A stretch of 64,000 nt of DNA from Moniliella sp. 'wahieum' (taxonomy: Eukaryota), in the NCBI GenBank assembly GCA_003971905.1, contig RSEE01000093.1:62001-126000 (forward strand), in the 5' to 3' direction. Made by a program: the position numbers and the translations under genes. The stretch's first letter is position 1. Every line of letters starts with the position of its first letter. The notes beneath the pieces are model-generated. The model did not search any database, was not told where the DNA came from, and saw only the letters and a program-made list of their open reading frames with translations. This document shows, piece after piece, positions 12,447 to 24,488 of the stretch.

Positions 12447-15398
12447 ATGCCCCCACCACCTCAACTTCCTCTCCTCCCCTGCGCCTTCCGCCTCGGCCCG
12501 TGCGCACCCCCACAGCCACACCAACAGCCAAGGCCCAGCCTCCTCCTCTACGGCTCTTGCCAGCTCATCCACCGCCCGCGCCAATCACCCGCCACCCAGT
12601 GCGAGTACATCGGCTTCCCATACCCACCACCACCACCAGCAACACAGCAGCAGCAACAGCCGCATGACTCTGGCCGTACCACTCCGTCCCGCAACGGTTC
12701 GCTCCGCAACCTAGGTGGGCTTGTCCGCCGTTGGTCGTCCAGGCGAGGGGCAAGCATGACCCACCCATCCGAGGCAGTAAAGGATGCTACCCTGGCAAAT
12801 CATGCGGCCTCAGCCGCTGCCGGGAACCGCGCTGGTCATGCAGACCACCACCCCTCATCAGCTGCTACCGCAACGACAGCCCGGCCTACCCGCACCTCTA
12901 ACAGGCGGCCTGCCACGGCGAACGCCGCTTACTCCCCCAGCAGTGCTGCTCGTCCTCCCCCGGTGGATGTGCCTGTGGATGAGAGTAGCCGACGGTCGCC
13001 TGCAGGCCAGGCTCCGCGCACGCGCTCCTCTTCCACCTCGATTCACCCCTTCGTCTCCACTGCCGCCAGCGGAGACAAACCAACGGTGGGACGAGCTTAC
13101 CCCCCTCGGGCTACATCACACGGACTCGCACGGGTCTTGCGCACCCCATCAACGGAGAGCTTGGCCCAGCTCTTCCGTCGTCCTTCGAGCGGGTCCACGA
13201 CCGCCAAGGCCGGACCGGGCGCACGCAACCGCACCACATCCCATTCCGATATTCCTGACAGCCGCGCCGCAGCCCCAACCCCGGCAACCCCCTCTTCTGG
13301 CCACGGGCTCTACATGGCTGGCAGCAAAACTGCCGGTAGCACCGATTCGCTCCGTCAACTCTTTCGACGGCCATCCCACACTCTGCATCAACACCCTCCC
13401 GCATCTGCTTCCCACGGTGCGGCTATCGCGGCCAACAGCAGCCAGGAAGCAGTGCCTTCCACTCCACGCTCGGCGTCGCGCATGGGAAGCGGCCTGGATT
13501 CGTTCCGTTCCATGCTCCGCCGGCCCTCACTTGGCCGTGCGCAGCAGGGCCCTGCCGTGGCAGCTAGAACGACCGCGACCGCACCATCCGGAGTACGGTC
13601 GCACCGCACTGCCTCGGACGCGACTGACTTAGCCACGCCTCGTACCCGCCGTCCTGCCACTTCTCATACCCCTCAGGCCTCTTGGTCTCATTCCCAGACA
13701 ACCTTGGGCTTGGCACGCGCCCCCAGTCGGACGACCGAGACACCGTCAATGTCCCAACGTCATCCTTCGTCCCAAGCGGAGCCACAGATTATTTCGCACC
13801 CTTCTGCCACTGATCTCGCTGGCGAGCGGCCGGTTTCCCCCACGGGGCAAGGCGTCGGGGCGCGTACTCGGATCTTGTCCGCGTTTGGTCGCTTGCGGTC
13901 ACGCAAGACGCGGGACATGGCCGTCAAGGAGGCTCGGGCTGGAGCTGGTCCCTGGCCCAGTGCCGGCGTGCACCCTCCCACGGCGGCCTCGGCGGCTGTA
14001 GCGATCAACGCCAACGAAAAGACCAAGGCTCGTCGTACGCGGACGGTAAGCAGTTCTGGCGCTGCTCATTCCCGCACTGCGTCGGGCCGCCTTCGTGGGG
14101 ACGGAGAATTTGTGGACGAATTGGATGGGATTCTTCCTAGCTCGGACGATGGGTTGCCCCCGTCCAATGCTCCACGGGTACGGCGTACGACTTTGACTGA
14201 CCGCCCGGGTCATCGCCCATCCAGCATGAGCTGGGGCGACATTAACGGGCCTGCTTCACGGCTTCCCCCCTCGGGGTGCAGCTGACGGCCCGGCCCAGTC
14301 ATCGCGCCAAAGCAAGTGTTTCTTCCGCTGGGCCCAGCTCGGGATCGTCTCCCTCGCGCCGACGGCCGCTGGAGCGCAGCAACGTGCTCTCGCCCGTCCA
14401 ACCACCAGTGGACCGGCGTTCCCTTCCCATGTCGCTACCGATTGGCCAGAGGGCCACTTATCTGTCATCTCAACCCATTCGTCCCTGTCCGACGGCACGT
14501 TCGTCTCGGCTGCTTCGACTTCGGGGCAGTCGAACCATTCGAACCGGGCCAACGCATCCCACACGCCTGACACGCTCGAACCTCGTCGTTCTCTGGCGGG
14601 AATCCCTGTCACGCCTGGATCGGGATCCGCGTCTACGGTGCATGCGCCGCATCGGGACGTGGGGCTGCGGGTTGAGATGGGCCACCGGGACGATCTAACG
14701 CCGCATTCAGCCTCTTCCTCTTACCATCTGGCCTCGCGCGCCACCCCCAGTTTGGGATCGGCCACGAGCGCCAGTATGCGCACCTCGGAATCCACCAGCC
14801 GACAGACCGATCCCGCCGCGGGGGGGTCCATCGTTTCCCTCTACCTCGCCCAGTCGGACCAGGCGGGTGGAGATGGCCGGGCCGATTCGCGCTCCGAGGC
14901 AGGGCGTACGTTTGGCTTTTCTGGAACACCCATAGGCGACCGAGCCACTCCTTCGTCCCAAGCCGCCTTGACCACCTCCACCACGTGGGCGGCCTGCAGC
15001 CTACGAACCCCACTCCTCCCCTGCAGGGTAGAACGACGCATTCTTCTTCTCATTCCCGCCCTGGCACCGCGCCTATACTCGGCACAGGTGCCGTGTCGGG
15101 GCCGGGTTCGGGCTCAGGTTCGGGCTCGGGCTCGGGCTCGGGTTCAGGCTCAGGCTCTGTCTCGGGCTCGGGCTCGGGCTCGGGCACGTCGGTGGACTCG
15201 AACGATACCTCGGCGGGGGCGTCTCCGATCGCGCTGGCAGAGAGTGGGATGACACTGTGGCGCTCTGGGTCCGGGACGTTGCAGATGTACGAGCCGGGTC
15301 GGTTGGCTCGCGACCGGGGCGTTCATCTGTGGGTCAATACGTCGCTTCGCCCGGTCAGGAGACAAGCCGCCCGACCGGCCCCCGCCGCGGCGGTCTAA
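12447..15398 (+). CDS. Large Ser/Pro/Arg/Ala-rich, probably disordered protein of unknown function
   Basis: 863-codon open frame 11694..14285 (first ATG 12447) that apparently continues through frameshifts to a stop at 15398. No folded domain recognised. Confidence 0.55.
15100..15185 (+). repeat. (GGCTCG/GGTTCG/GGCTCA)n hexamer repeat encoding (GS)n
   Basis: Direct inspection. Confidence 0.9.
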
Positions 15399-16759
15399 CC
15401 AATTTTCTCTCCTTTGCTCCCCCCCCCCCCCCCCCCCCAACCATCCGCTATTCTCTCCTTTAGCCTCGGTGTCCTGGACCCTCGCTGGCTGCATTCTTCC
15501 TCATCAACAACCCCTTTCTCTGGTCCCGCCTGCTGGCCAGGCTGTCTGGGCCTGAGCCCTCCCCCCTCGTTGCATTTTTTTGTCGGGCTCCTTGGGGCTC
15601 TCATATATCACACCCATTTTCTCTCTGCACCTGATACCGGCTCGGCCCTTTTGCCTGTCTCTCTGGACCTACTGGACGTGGGGACTGGCGAGGGATTGCG
15701 TTTTAACTTGCCTTTTTTGCTGATAGGCCTCGGGCCTTGTCCTGTAGTCAGAGTGTATGTTGGGCCCCCCATGGGAGAGGGGGAGGCCCGAGGTACCTGG
15801 GCAGACCTGCCTTTTTGGCCGCCGTACCATCCTTCCATCCTTTATACATACCGTGCCCGACTTGAGCTGCAAGACGTTTGCACGCCCATCGCCATTTCGT
15901 TTGGACATGCCGTTGAAGCTCAGCGCTCACAGCAGCGCAGTTGGCGTGGCACTGTGTGACATGGCATGCGCGCGTGAGGTAGAGCCAACCTGTTACATCC
16001 AACCCTTCAAGCTTCAAGCTTCAATCCTTGTCGTTCTCCGGTACCTGTCCCATCCCTTCGGCTGCCTGCCGACGTGTCATTCCTCCAATCGGCGGCCGCC
16101 AGTCCCAGGTGTTTCTCTCTCTCTGTTGGTGCTCGGCGGACGGTGGGATGGATCGGGTGTGTGGGTCGGATGGGGCATGGTTTGCGTGCTCGCACACTGG
16201 CTGCTGCGGGCTGCGGGCTTGCGGGCAAGCCCAGGTGATTTGGCACACGTTCGTAATGTCATGCATCCTCACGCATCCGCATCGTAGGGAGCGGCTACGT
16301 GGCCGGCCAGCGGTGGGGAGTGGGTAGTGAGTAGTGAGCATGGGGGGTCGTGTGCGTGTACATGGGCCAGTGGCCCCCAGAATGGAGGACTCAGCGCAGG
16401 CGCAAGTGCGCTGAAGCTGTGGGTTGCGAGGTGTGGCAGGCCACTGAGGGCACCACAGGCTGGCTTCCCGCTTCAAGCTTCAAGCTTCAAGCTAGCGCAG
16501 CCAGCAAAACCCGAGTGTGATTGCGGCTGGTCTGATTTTTTATTCCTTCCCCGATCCTCGCCCCCTCCGCGTTAGCACTTCGCACACGCACACGCACCGA
16601 CCCCGCCATTGGGGCTGCCTCTGTACCCCGTTCCAGCCGGTCTCCTGGGCCCTTGCCCCACCCACCCCGCCCCGCCCCGCCCCGCACAGTGAGCCTAGCC
16701 TGCCACCACTTGCCTCCGCCCGCTGCGACCGCTGCTCTTGCCCCTTTGCTCTCCTCGCC

Positions 16760-18114
16760 ATGGTCCACACGGCCGAGATCGAGTCGACGATCGAGTATGT
16801 TGGCGGCTTGTTGTGACTTGCCTGACTGGACACCTACTAACTGGCTGGCTGGCCTGGCTGGCCTTGCTGCGCCGTTCCCCGCAGGCGACCCTGGAGCGGC
16901 CTCGTCCGCGCCTTTTTTCAACGCTACCCAAACCCCTACGCAAGCCATGTGATCCAAGTCGACGTGATTGACCGACAACTCGTGCCGGCCAACACGCCTA
17001 GGACGCAATGGCCGCTCCCTCTCCCTGCCTCGCCGCCCGCCGAGCCGCCAGAACCAAGTCAAGCCACCCCAACCCACCCGCCCGACGACCACCTTGTCTT
17101 GCGCAGCTCCCGCCTGCTGCTCAAACGCGGCACCTTGCCCTCCTGGGCGCCCAAGGGCGTCATCAAGTCCACCGAAAGTTGGGTGCTGGAGGAGACCGAG
17201 GTGGACATAGAGCCTCGCTTGGGACCAGCGCTACTGCAGCGGGCGAGGACCCACCGCCGCCACCGCCGCGACAAATGCGCGTGTGGACGCGCAACTTGGA
17301 CCATACCAACGTGCTGGCCGTAACCGAAGGACTGACCTTTACTGAGGCAGCCCGCGCCCCGCTTGCTCTGACGCGCCGGTACGAGACGGAAGCGAAACTG
17401 GTGCTGCCGCCCCGCCTCCCGCGCCACTTTGCTCCACCCACCTTCAGACGCGGGGCCATGTGAGTAGTTCGCTTGGGTTTGGCTTGTTGCGCGGGCGGAT
17501 CGAGAAGTTTGGTCTGAAGCGTTTCCGCGCCCATGCGACACGTCGCGTGCCGTCTGGTTTTGGACGGCGGGATTGGGTGGGTGGGCATCAGGCCGTCGGA
17601 ACCGGACCGGCCGCCATCGCTTCGCCTGAGTCGTTGGGCGGCGGCCGGGTGGCCACGGCGTGCGCAAGCTGCTCTGGGCGGTTCCGCCGCCCGAGGTGGA
17701 CCCACCCAGCTTGCGCCAGGAGAGGACGATGCCAAGTGGCAGACCAAGTCCGCGGTGCTGCGGCCGCCGTTTTTGGATGGGTACCCGCCGACGCCGCTCC
17801 AGCGGCTGCGCAATTGGGCTTGGGGCGACGAGGGCAGGGTGGCCCAGGCACGAGAGCAGAGAAGAACGCATTCGATGGGCGTACAAGGCACGGCAGTTGC
17901 TGGGCCTGCAGCCGTCGGAACCGTGGGCGCCAAGCAGTCGCGAAGGCGGACGAGGATACATGCCGCTCTGGGCTCGCTTCCGCCGTCTGTCCCGCTCCGC
18001 CGAGCAAGAGGAACAGGAGGAGACGAATGGGCAAGGCGCCGCTGCGCCACCCAGGGATGCCAGGGAGTGAGTGGGCCAGGTCCTGTTCCACGCTTGCTTT
18101 CTTGGCTCGGTTGA
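16760..18114 (+). CDS. UPS1: PRELI/MSF1-domain mitochondrial lipid-transfer protein, Ups1-like
   Basis: After the intron ending at 16884: RPWSGLVRAFFQRYPNPYASHVIQVDVIDR, RLLLKRGTLPSWAPKG..ESWVLEETEVD, TRNLDH, RIEKFGLKRF. The 3' end is uncertain. Confidence 0.85.
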
Positions 18115-18753
18115 CTGGAACGGCCATGCTTGCCCGCGTGCTCCGGTGGGCCTGATGGTCTCATGGCGCTGACGAGGTTGTTTGTACCTATGTATATGGC
18201 TCTGGCGCGAGCGCGTACCAGCTCCCTGCTTGCCTCTTCCCGCACCTGCTTGCTCTTCCTGGACAAGTTGTTTCCCCCCTCTCTATCCATTGCACTGCTC
18301 CTGCCTGCATCTTTACCCATTATGATACAAAGGTGCGTTCAAGCATGTAATGTACATTGTTTTGGTCTGAAAGCAAGAGGGGGAAAAGGAGGGGGATTCG
18401 ATGAGGTGACGTTTGGATCGATTGAAGGGCCAAACACCAAAGGGTGTATGTAGTACAGTTGGCGGCACACCGTGGTTTGGGGTGCGCATACATTCGGACG
18501 CACTTCCCACCGGGGGAGAGGGCCAGAGAGGGCCAGTGCGTGGGGCCAGGCTTTTGCTCTTTTAGGAGGAGGAAAGTAAGAGGGGACGGGACTGAAAGCC
18601 GAGATGGGGTGCGGAAGCGCCGAGGCCGGGAAACAGGAAAGAGAGCGAGCAGGGGGGTGGGACGGAGCACAGGGACGGACGAGACGAGACCAGCGGAGCG
18701 ACAGGACAGGTGGGAGGCCAGGACAATTAGGTGGATTCAGACGGAGAGAGCGG

Positions 18754-19487
18754 TTAGGAAGCAAACTGAGGATAGGGCAGCGCGTCCGCCTGCTCCTGAA
18801 CGCGAGTGTAGGCCCCGCACGAGGGGCAGGTCGCCCAGTTCAGCCGAGCCCGTTGCCGGGTCGTGACGGACAGAGAGCTGGGCAATGCCCTGGCAGTGGG
18901 GTCCGTGCCGCGAAGAAGCACTGTGGGCCTGGTCGTCGGTTTGCATGACATCGGCCGCTAGAGCACCCTCGGCAGGGCCGAGAAGACCACAAAAAGTCGC
19001 GCCTTGGCGGTCGGCGCCGTTGGCCGCTTCGCGCGACAGGCCTGGGTACAGGTCAAGCGTCAAGGTGGAAGGGGTCTGGGGAAGGTCGGTAGTAGGTAGA
19101 GGAGGCAGGAGACGACGTGTCGCGTCCGGCGGCAAAGCCGGGGGCGGAAGATGCGTCAGACATGGCAAAGTCGGTGTCGCTGGGCACGGCAGGGGAGGCC
19201 GCGAGGTGCATGTGAAGGGTGGCGGAGTTGCTTTGGCCGGGGAGCATGTGGAGGGCGGCAAGGGTAGCCTCGTTGTCGTGGGCAGCGAACGCGCTGAAGT
19301 TGCCGGCCAGGGCGGGCACGGCAGGCGCGGTGAGGCGGCGGAGGTTGTCGCCGTCGGCGGCATCGGAGGCCTTGCGCTTGCGGTGGCCGATGGTGGTGGG
19401 CACGGGGCCGACGGGGACAGGGCCGGCATGGAGGGTGCCGGGCACAGGCCCAGTATAGGCGGGCACGGACGGACGCGTAGAGAACAT
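18754..19487 (-). CDS. Small orphan protein with basic NLS-like motif and C-terminal His/Cys (zinc-ribbon-like) motif
   Basis: ATG at 19487 follows a TATA-like tatttaa (~19558-19564). Contains HRKRK; two frameshifts join HGPHCQGIAQLSVRH and WATCPSCGAYTRV to a stop at 18754. Confidence 0.6.
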
Positions 19488-20963
19488 GGGCGCGGGGGTG
19501 AGGTGGGGGTGTGGTGGGGGGGGGGGCGCGCAAGAAGGGCAGCGCAGGGCCCCGGCTTAAATAAATTATGGCCAGTCTCGTGGCTTTGCAGGGCTTGGCT
19601 TCGCTCGGGGGGGGTGCTGCTAGAAGCGGCCGCGGCACAGCGACGCACTTGAGGCGCAGGCCCACCCCAGGCCTCCTTGCCTCCCGCCCGTCCCGCCCGC
19701 TCCTGCGTGCCACCGGTCACCCCGGTCACCCCTCTTGCCCTCGGGCGTGACCTCACGCGTCACGTGTCACGCGTCACGACGCGCACAGAGCAGCACCCCG
19801 CCAGTCTTTCCCTCCGCCCCGCCATGTGCCCCGTGTGCAGGCGACGTAGATGCAGCAACCCAGGGCGGAACTCGGAACACCGGGCGAGCAGCGCGCTTCC
19901 CACATCATCGCATCGATCATCGATCCCATCCCACACCCACACCCAGTGCGTGTCTGAACGTTTCATCTCTGGGCTCCGTGTCAAATTTTCCTAAGTTGAA
20001 CATTTCTGAATCGGGGGGGGGGTGTGTGATGCAGGATGCAGGATGCAAGGATCAATTGGAGCAGATATCTACACGGCTGTTCCGCTCCTCGTTCCGCCGT
20101 TGCAAGTTGCAACTCTGAATACATTGCCTCAGCGGCTTTAGCCGGCTGTTATAGCCCTGGTATAGCTGACTAAGCGCCTAGGCTAAGCGCTCAGTGAGCT
20201 CAGCTCAGCGCAGCGGGAATCGGTAGCCGGTAACGTGTAACCCTGGTAATTACCCGGTACTAGCCGAGTAACCGGTATAGCCGGTAACCTCCGTCCTGCT
20301 GTATGCCCATTTGACAAGTGAATAGCGAATCGCTTGCTCCACAGTTCTGTGCTGGACTGGGCTCAGAGCACAGGCTCACATCTCAGAAGAGCGAACGGAT
20401 ACATCTAGTCGGTCTCCGCGGCACCTGCTGCTCGCCCACGCCGTCCGGCCATGCCCTCCAGCACCACGGCGCTCGGTCACCACGCCTGGCGCGAGGGCTT
20501 CCTATTGCAGTATCCCGAATCCGACGCCCGCTCCCATCCAAAGCCTGCGTCTCTGCCGGCCACCCCGCCGCGTGTTCACCGCCTCAGCCTCAGCAGCATC
20601 TCTTCCACTCGGCCCCGGCTCTGGCCCATCGCTGCGTCGCCTAAGTACGTCATACCTTTCCGCACACCACAGATAGCATCCATCCTAAAAGCCACCGGCT
20701 TGGCCACTTCGCCCGGCCCTATTCCAAGGGCGAGAGAAGACGTGTCATTTCTCCGCTCTTTCTCTGACCACCGGGCCTACGGCCCGGTGGGTTGGGGCTT
20801 CGCCCCAGCCTGTCCTGTTTGCTTTTTTGTGTTTGGAACTTGTTGTGCATGATATATGTGTCTGTGGCATTGGTTTGGAGCTAAGGCAGGCTGTTTTCGA
20901 AGGCAGGTTCATTATCGAAGGCAGGTTCATTGTAACGGGCTAAAGAGTCGGGCTATCTCAGAG

Positions 20964-22890
20964 TTAATCCAGGTCCATGTCGTCTTGGGCGACCTCGCGC
21001 GGGCGCATGTGATCCATGTGACGGAAGAGCGTCTCGCCGTCCTCGTCCATCTCGCGCAAGACCATTTCCTCGTCCTCTTCTCCGGCCCTAGGAGGCTGAT
21101 CAGGACCTGGGCCGAGCATCGTGTTCCCCAATTCGCGCAAAGCCTCATCAATCTCCTGCTGGTCCAAGTTGCCATTATTGTCCCCATCAAACGTGTCATC
21201 GCCATCGTCTTCGGGAGGAGGGTCAGTAGTGTTGGCCGGTTCGATGGGCGCGTCACCTTCAACGTATTCGATGACCTGGCGGTAGACAATAATGTTGCGC
21301 GTGATCTTGCCGGCCCAGTCAGTGTTCAAGGAGAATGAGATCTGCACTGCCTTGATATGGCCTTCCTTGGCCTCGTCCTCGTTTGGCAGAGGCAAGCCAC
21401 ACGAGAACGAGGAGATGCCGTCATGCGCCTCTCCCCGCGTCCATGCTGTCAGCCAAAGCTGGCATACCCTTTGTCCCCCGCGCGGATGGTTTCGCGGGGC
21501 TTATCTCCCGCCACGGAAGAAAGGGGAACGTGCTGTGCGGGTTTGCCTCTCACTTGCATTGACCAATCCTACTCTCGAAGGATACTTCTCTAGCTTGCAT
21601 TCATGGCCTGGTCAGCCACGTCGTACTGCACTCGATTCTACCCAATCAACTCCTGACACAGCATTCACACTGTCGTGTCTTTGCCATCGCCGTGGGTCCA
21701 CGCAAACTACTCTAAGTGAGCAGGCCGGAGTGATGCTGAAGAGGGGATACCAACCAAGGACAGCCAAGATTGAAGTGGCTTCGATCACTTGGGTAAACTC
21801 CTCGGGTCAGTTGAACAAATTGAGTGATCCTGATCCATTGTCGCCGGCCCGGTTTGTTGTCCTTCAGACAGAATGAATCGGGTATTGGATGAAGCGAGAA
21901 GCGACAATACTGGGACCGTGGTGACCGGTGAGTCCGAATGCAGAAGCGCCTCCGATGGCATCTTCGCCCAACAAGGTCATGACACGCTCATTGATACGGT
22001 CTCCTCAGGGCTTTGACCCCGCTTTGAACTCCTCCAACCGCCTCCATTCTTCCTCTCCCGCATCGCGGATGATGCGATGATGAGCCATGATATATGATAG
22101 CGGATCGTCCACCTCACTGGATACTACTACAAACAACTGGAAGATAACTCTCCAAAAAAGCTGTCGCCTGCGAAAGATCATTCTCCCTCTACCCGTACGG
22201 GTATTAGCTCTCTTTCACAATCTCCGGACGGCTTCAACACTCTGGTTGCAGCAGCATATTCGCTTTCCATGCACTTAGGAAGAATGATGCGCATCGGCAC
22301 ATTCGCAATCTGCATGGGCATCGTGTTGTCGCCGTTGTCGAGCAAAATGTCGACCGGTGATGGAACCGCCCGCCCGAAATGCCCATCGCGCTGTTCCCAT
22401 CTCGTTTTCCGCATCAGGGGCCATCACTGGTGTTTCCCCCTCCGTTACGTGTGGTTCCGGGTTATATCACCCACGTCGATCTTTCCTGTGGTGGTCATGC
22501 ATCATGTCAAAAAGACAAGGTTTGCCCCTGTCCCAGCAAGCTCTGCCAATGAGATGGATGCAGTATAGAGATGTAAGACGAGCCCCATCAGTACTCAGTA
22601 TGGTCTGTGTGTTTCGACCAGGGGCTATCGCCCCCGTGCAGGTCAAGGAGCTCCGACATTGTAACCATTCCATTTAGCTTTTGTGTATCTTTGTCCATGA
22701 TCTCCGCAGCCATATATAAGGTAGGCTCTGTTGCTCTTTGATGCGCCCTTGTATTAGGCGGGTCGTTGGCTGTGGCGTATTCAAACACTGCCACTCTCAT
22801 CAGAGATAGGGGATCACAACTGTAATACACAGTTGGAGGAGCATCAAAGAAGCGGGAGAGCGTGCGTTTCTGTGGGAGAGGGGACAAGGT
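20964..22890 (-). CDS. Fragmented orphan coding region (unknown; possibly mobile-element or virus derived)
   Basis: Successive protein-like frames (22588-22887, 22178-22414, EVDDPLSYIMAHHRIIRDAGEEEWRRLEEF, 20964-21395 acidic C-terminus). No family recognised. Confidence 0.35.
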
Positions 22891-22994
22891 TTACGGTTAG
22901 AGGGCGGCGATTGTCTGTCGAACCGGTGACATAAAAAGCACCCATTCATACATCATGTACAACTCATCGCCCTCCTTACCAAGTCGCCACCGCC

Positions 22995-24488
22995 ATGTTT
23001 CGACGTCGGCTCACTGATGCCCAACGATGGAACGAGCTCGCTCACGTGCACAATGGGACAGGCGCATCTGCTGTACCTTTTCGGGCGGTCTGGTCCACGG
23101 TGAAGCGGGACGGGAGGTTGCTGTACCAGTGCAGTGCTTGCCCAGTTCGACCGATGACCCAGTTTGGTGCACTCAAGCACGCGAAGGTGGGCAGGCACAT
23201 CAGCAACGCGGTGCTGGGTGCGAGTATGGGGGCCGATCACGCCGTTGACGAGGTGGCCGAACATGCGAGCATGCCCCAGCCACCTGGCGCACGCTCGCCT
23301 TCCCCTGCTTCCCGTGCCTCTTCACCTGTAATGGGGGCCGATCACGCCGTTGACGAGGTGGCCGAAGATGCGAGCATGCCCCAGCCACCTGACGCACGCT
23401 CGCCTTCCCAAGCTTCCGTGCCTCCTCACCTGTAGGCACTACCATGGCCAGGGCCTGGCGGGAAAAAGCATATCCACCCTCCCTTCCCTCTCCAACGAGG
23501 GAGATTTAGAGGAAGGGTCTACCGACCAGATTGTGACGACGTTGCGTATGCTCGTAGGGGCTGTCAACCACATGAACGATCATATGGATCACATGAACGA
23601 TCGTATGGATCAGATGAACGATCGTATGGATCGCATGGAGGCTAGAATGGAGACTCATTATCGGAACTTGATGGCGTCTGCCAATGCGAGCCCCCAGGGT
23701 TACCGGTCGTTCTTGGATGCAAACAAGGTATGCTCGCCTCAAATTCTTCATTGGTTATTATAGGACTAACTTCAATGTCTGCAGACGTGGGTTGCTGCCC
23801 TTGCGATCATCGTGTGGTGCGCCCCGAATGCGTCCATTACTAGCAATGCCCACCTGTGGTCGCGCGTGTCCCAGTTGCTACGGCGTCCGGCCGAGCGGCA
23901 ACTCCTGCGCCTACCTCTTGACCTCGCTCGGAGAGGACGTATGGACGACTTTCTGCATGAGCTCAAGAAGATCCTGACTCCTCATTGGAATACTCTGCGG
24001 CGCATGATCTCCTGCATCGAGTGTGCATATTCTCTCGTTTTTATGTGCCCAGGATCGCAGCTAACCTCTGCTAACCCATCTCCAGTACCGCCATCAAGGC
24101 CCTCATCCGACTCAGGCCAACAAGACGGTGTTCAACCTGGACCACTACATCCTCGAGACCTGGAGGAAGTTGATCACATGCGCAACGGGCTCCCGGCTCA
24201 TCTCAAGCGGTTTCCAGCATGCGCTGTGGAAAAGTTTGCCCTTGTCCATATGGCTATGGTGCGCCTTCAGGTTTCACTAACGACGGCGACACTACCGACA
24301 GGGCAGCCCAGGGCCAGTGGGTGCAGGTGGAAGGCGAGGTTACCAACTTGCGGTCGCCTCCACCACCACAAGCCGCCCCATATGTGAAGACGCTGAAGAG
24401 ACAGCTAAACGTTGCAGGCGGCCCGGCGGACTCGTATCCGCATTGGTCGCTGCTGCTCCCGGAGCTGAACGCAGTTCCGGAGACTTAG
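22995..24488 (+). CDS. Orphan gene with N-terminal C2H2-type zinc finger, internal duplication and coiled-coil repeat
   Basis: YQCSACPVRPMTQFGALKHAKVGRH (C-x2-C-x12-H-x5-H) and a heptad repeat. Likely introns 23728-23784 (gtatgc..ctaac..cag) and ~24021-24085. Confidence 0.55.
23226..23434 (+). repeat. Tandem duplication, 2 x ~105 bp (35 aa)
   Basis: atgggggccgatcacgccgttgacgaggtggccgaa begins at both 23226 and 23331. Confidence 0.95.
23569..23640 (+). repeat. 21-bp minisatellite, about 3.4 copies, encoding HMNDRMD-type heptads
   Basis: ca(c/g)atgaacgatc(a/g)tatggat at 23569, 23590 and 23611. Confidence 0.95.

Noticed and set aside
23226..23640. Repeats as a CRISPR-like array
   Set aside because: They are head-to-tail in-frame coding repeats without spacers, in a eukaryote.
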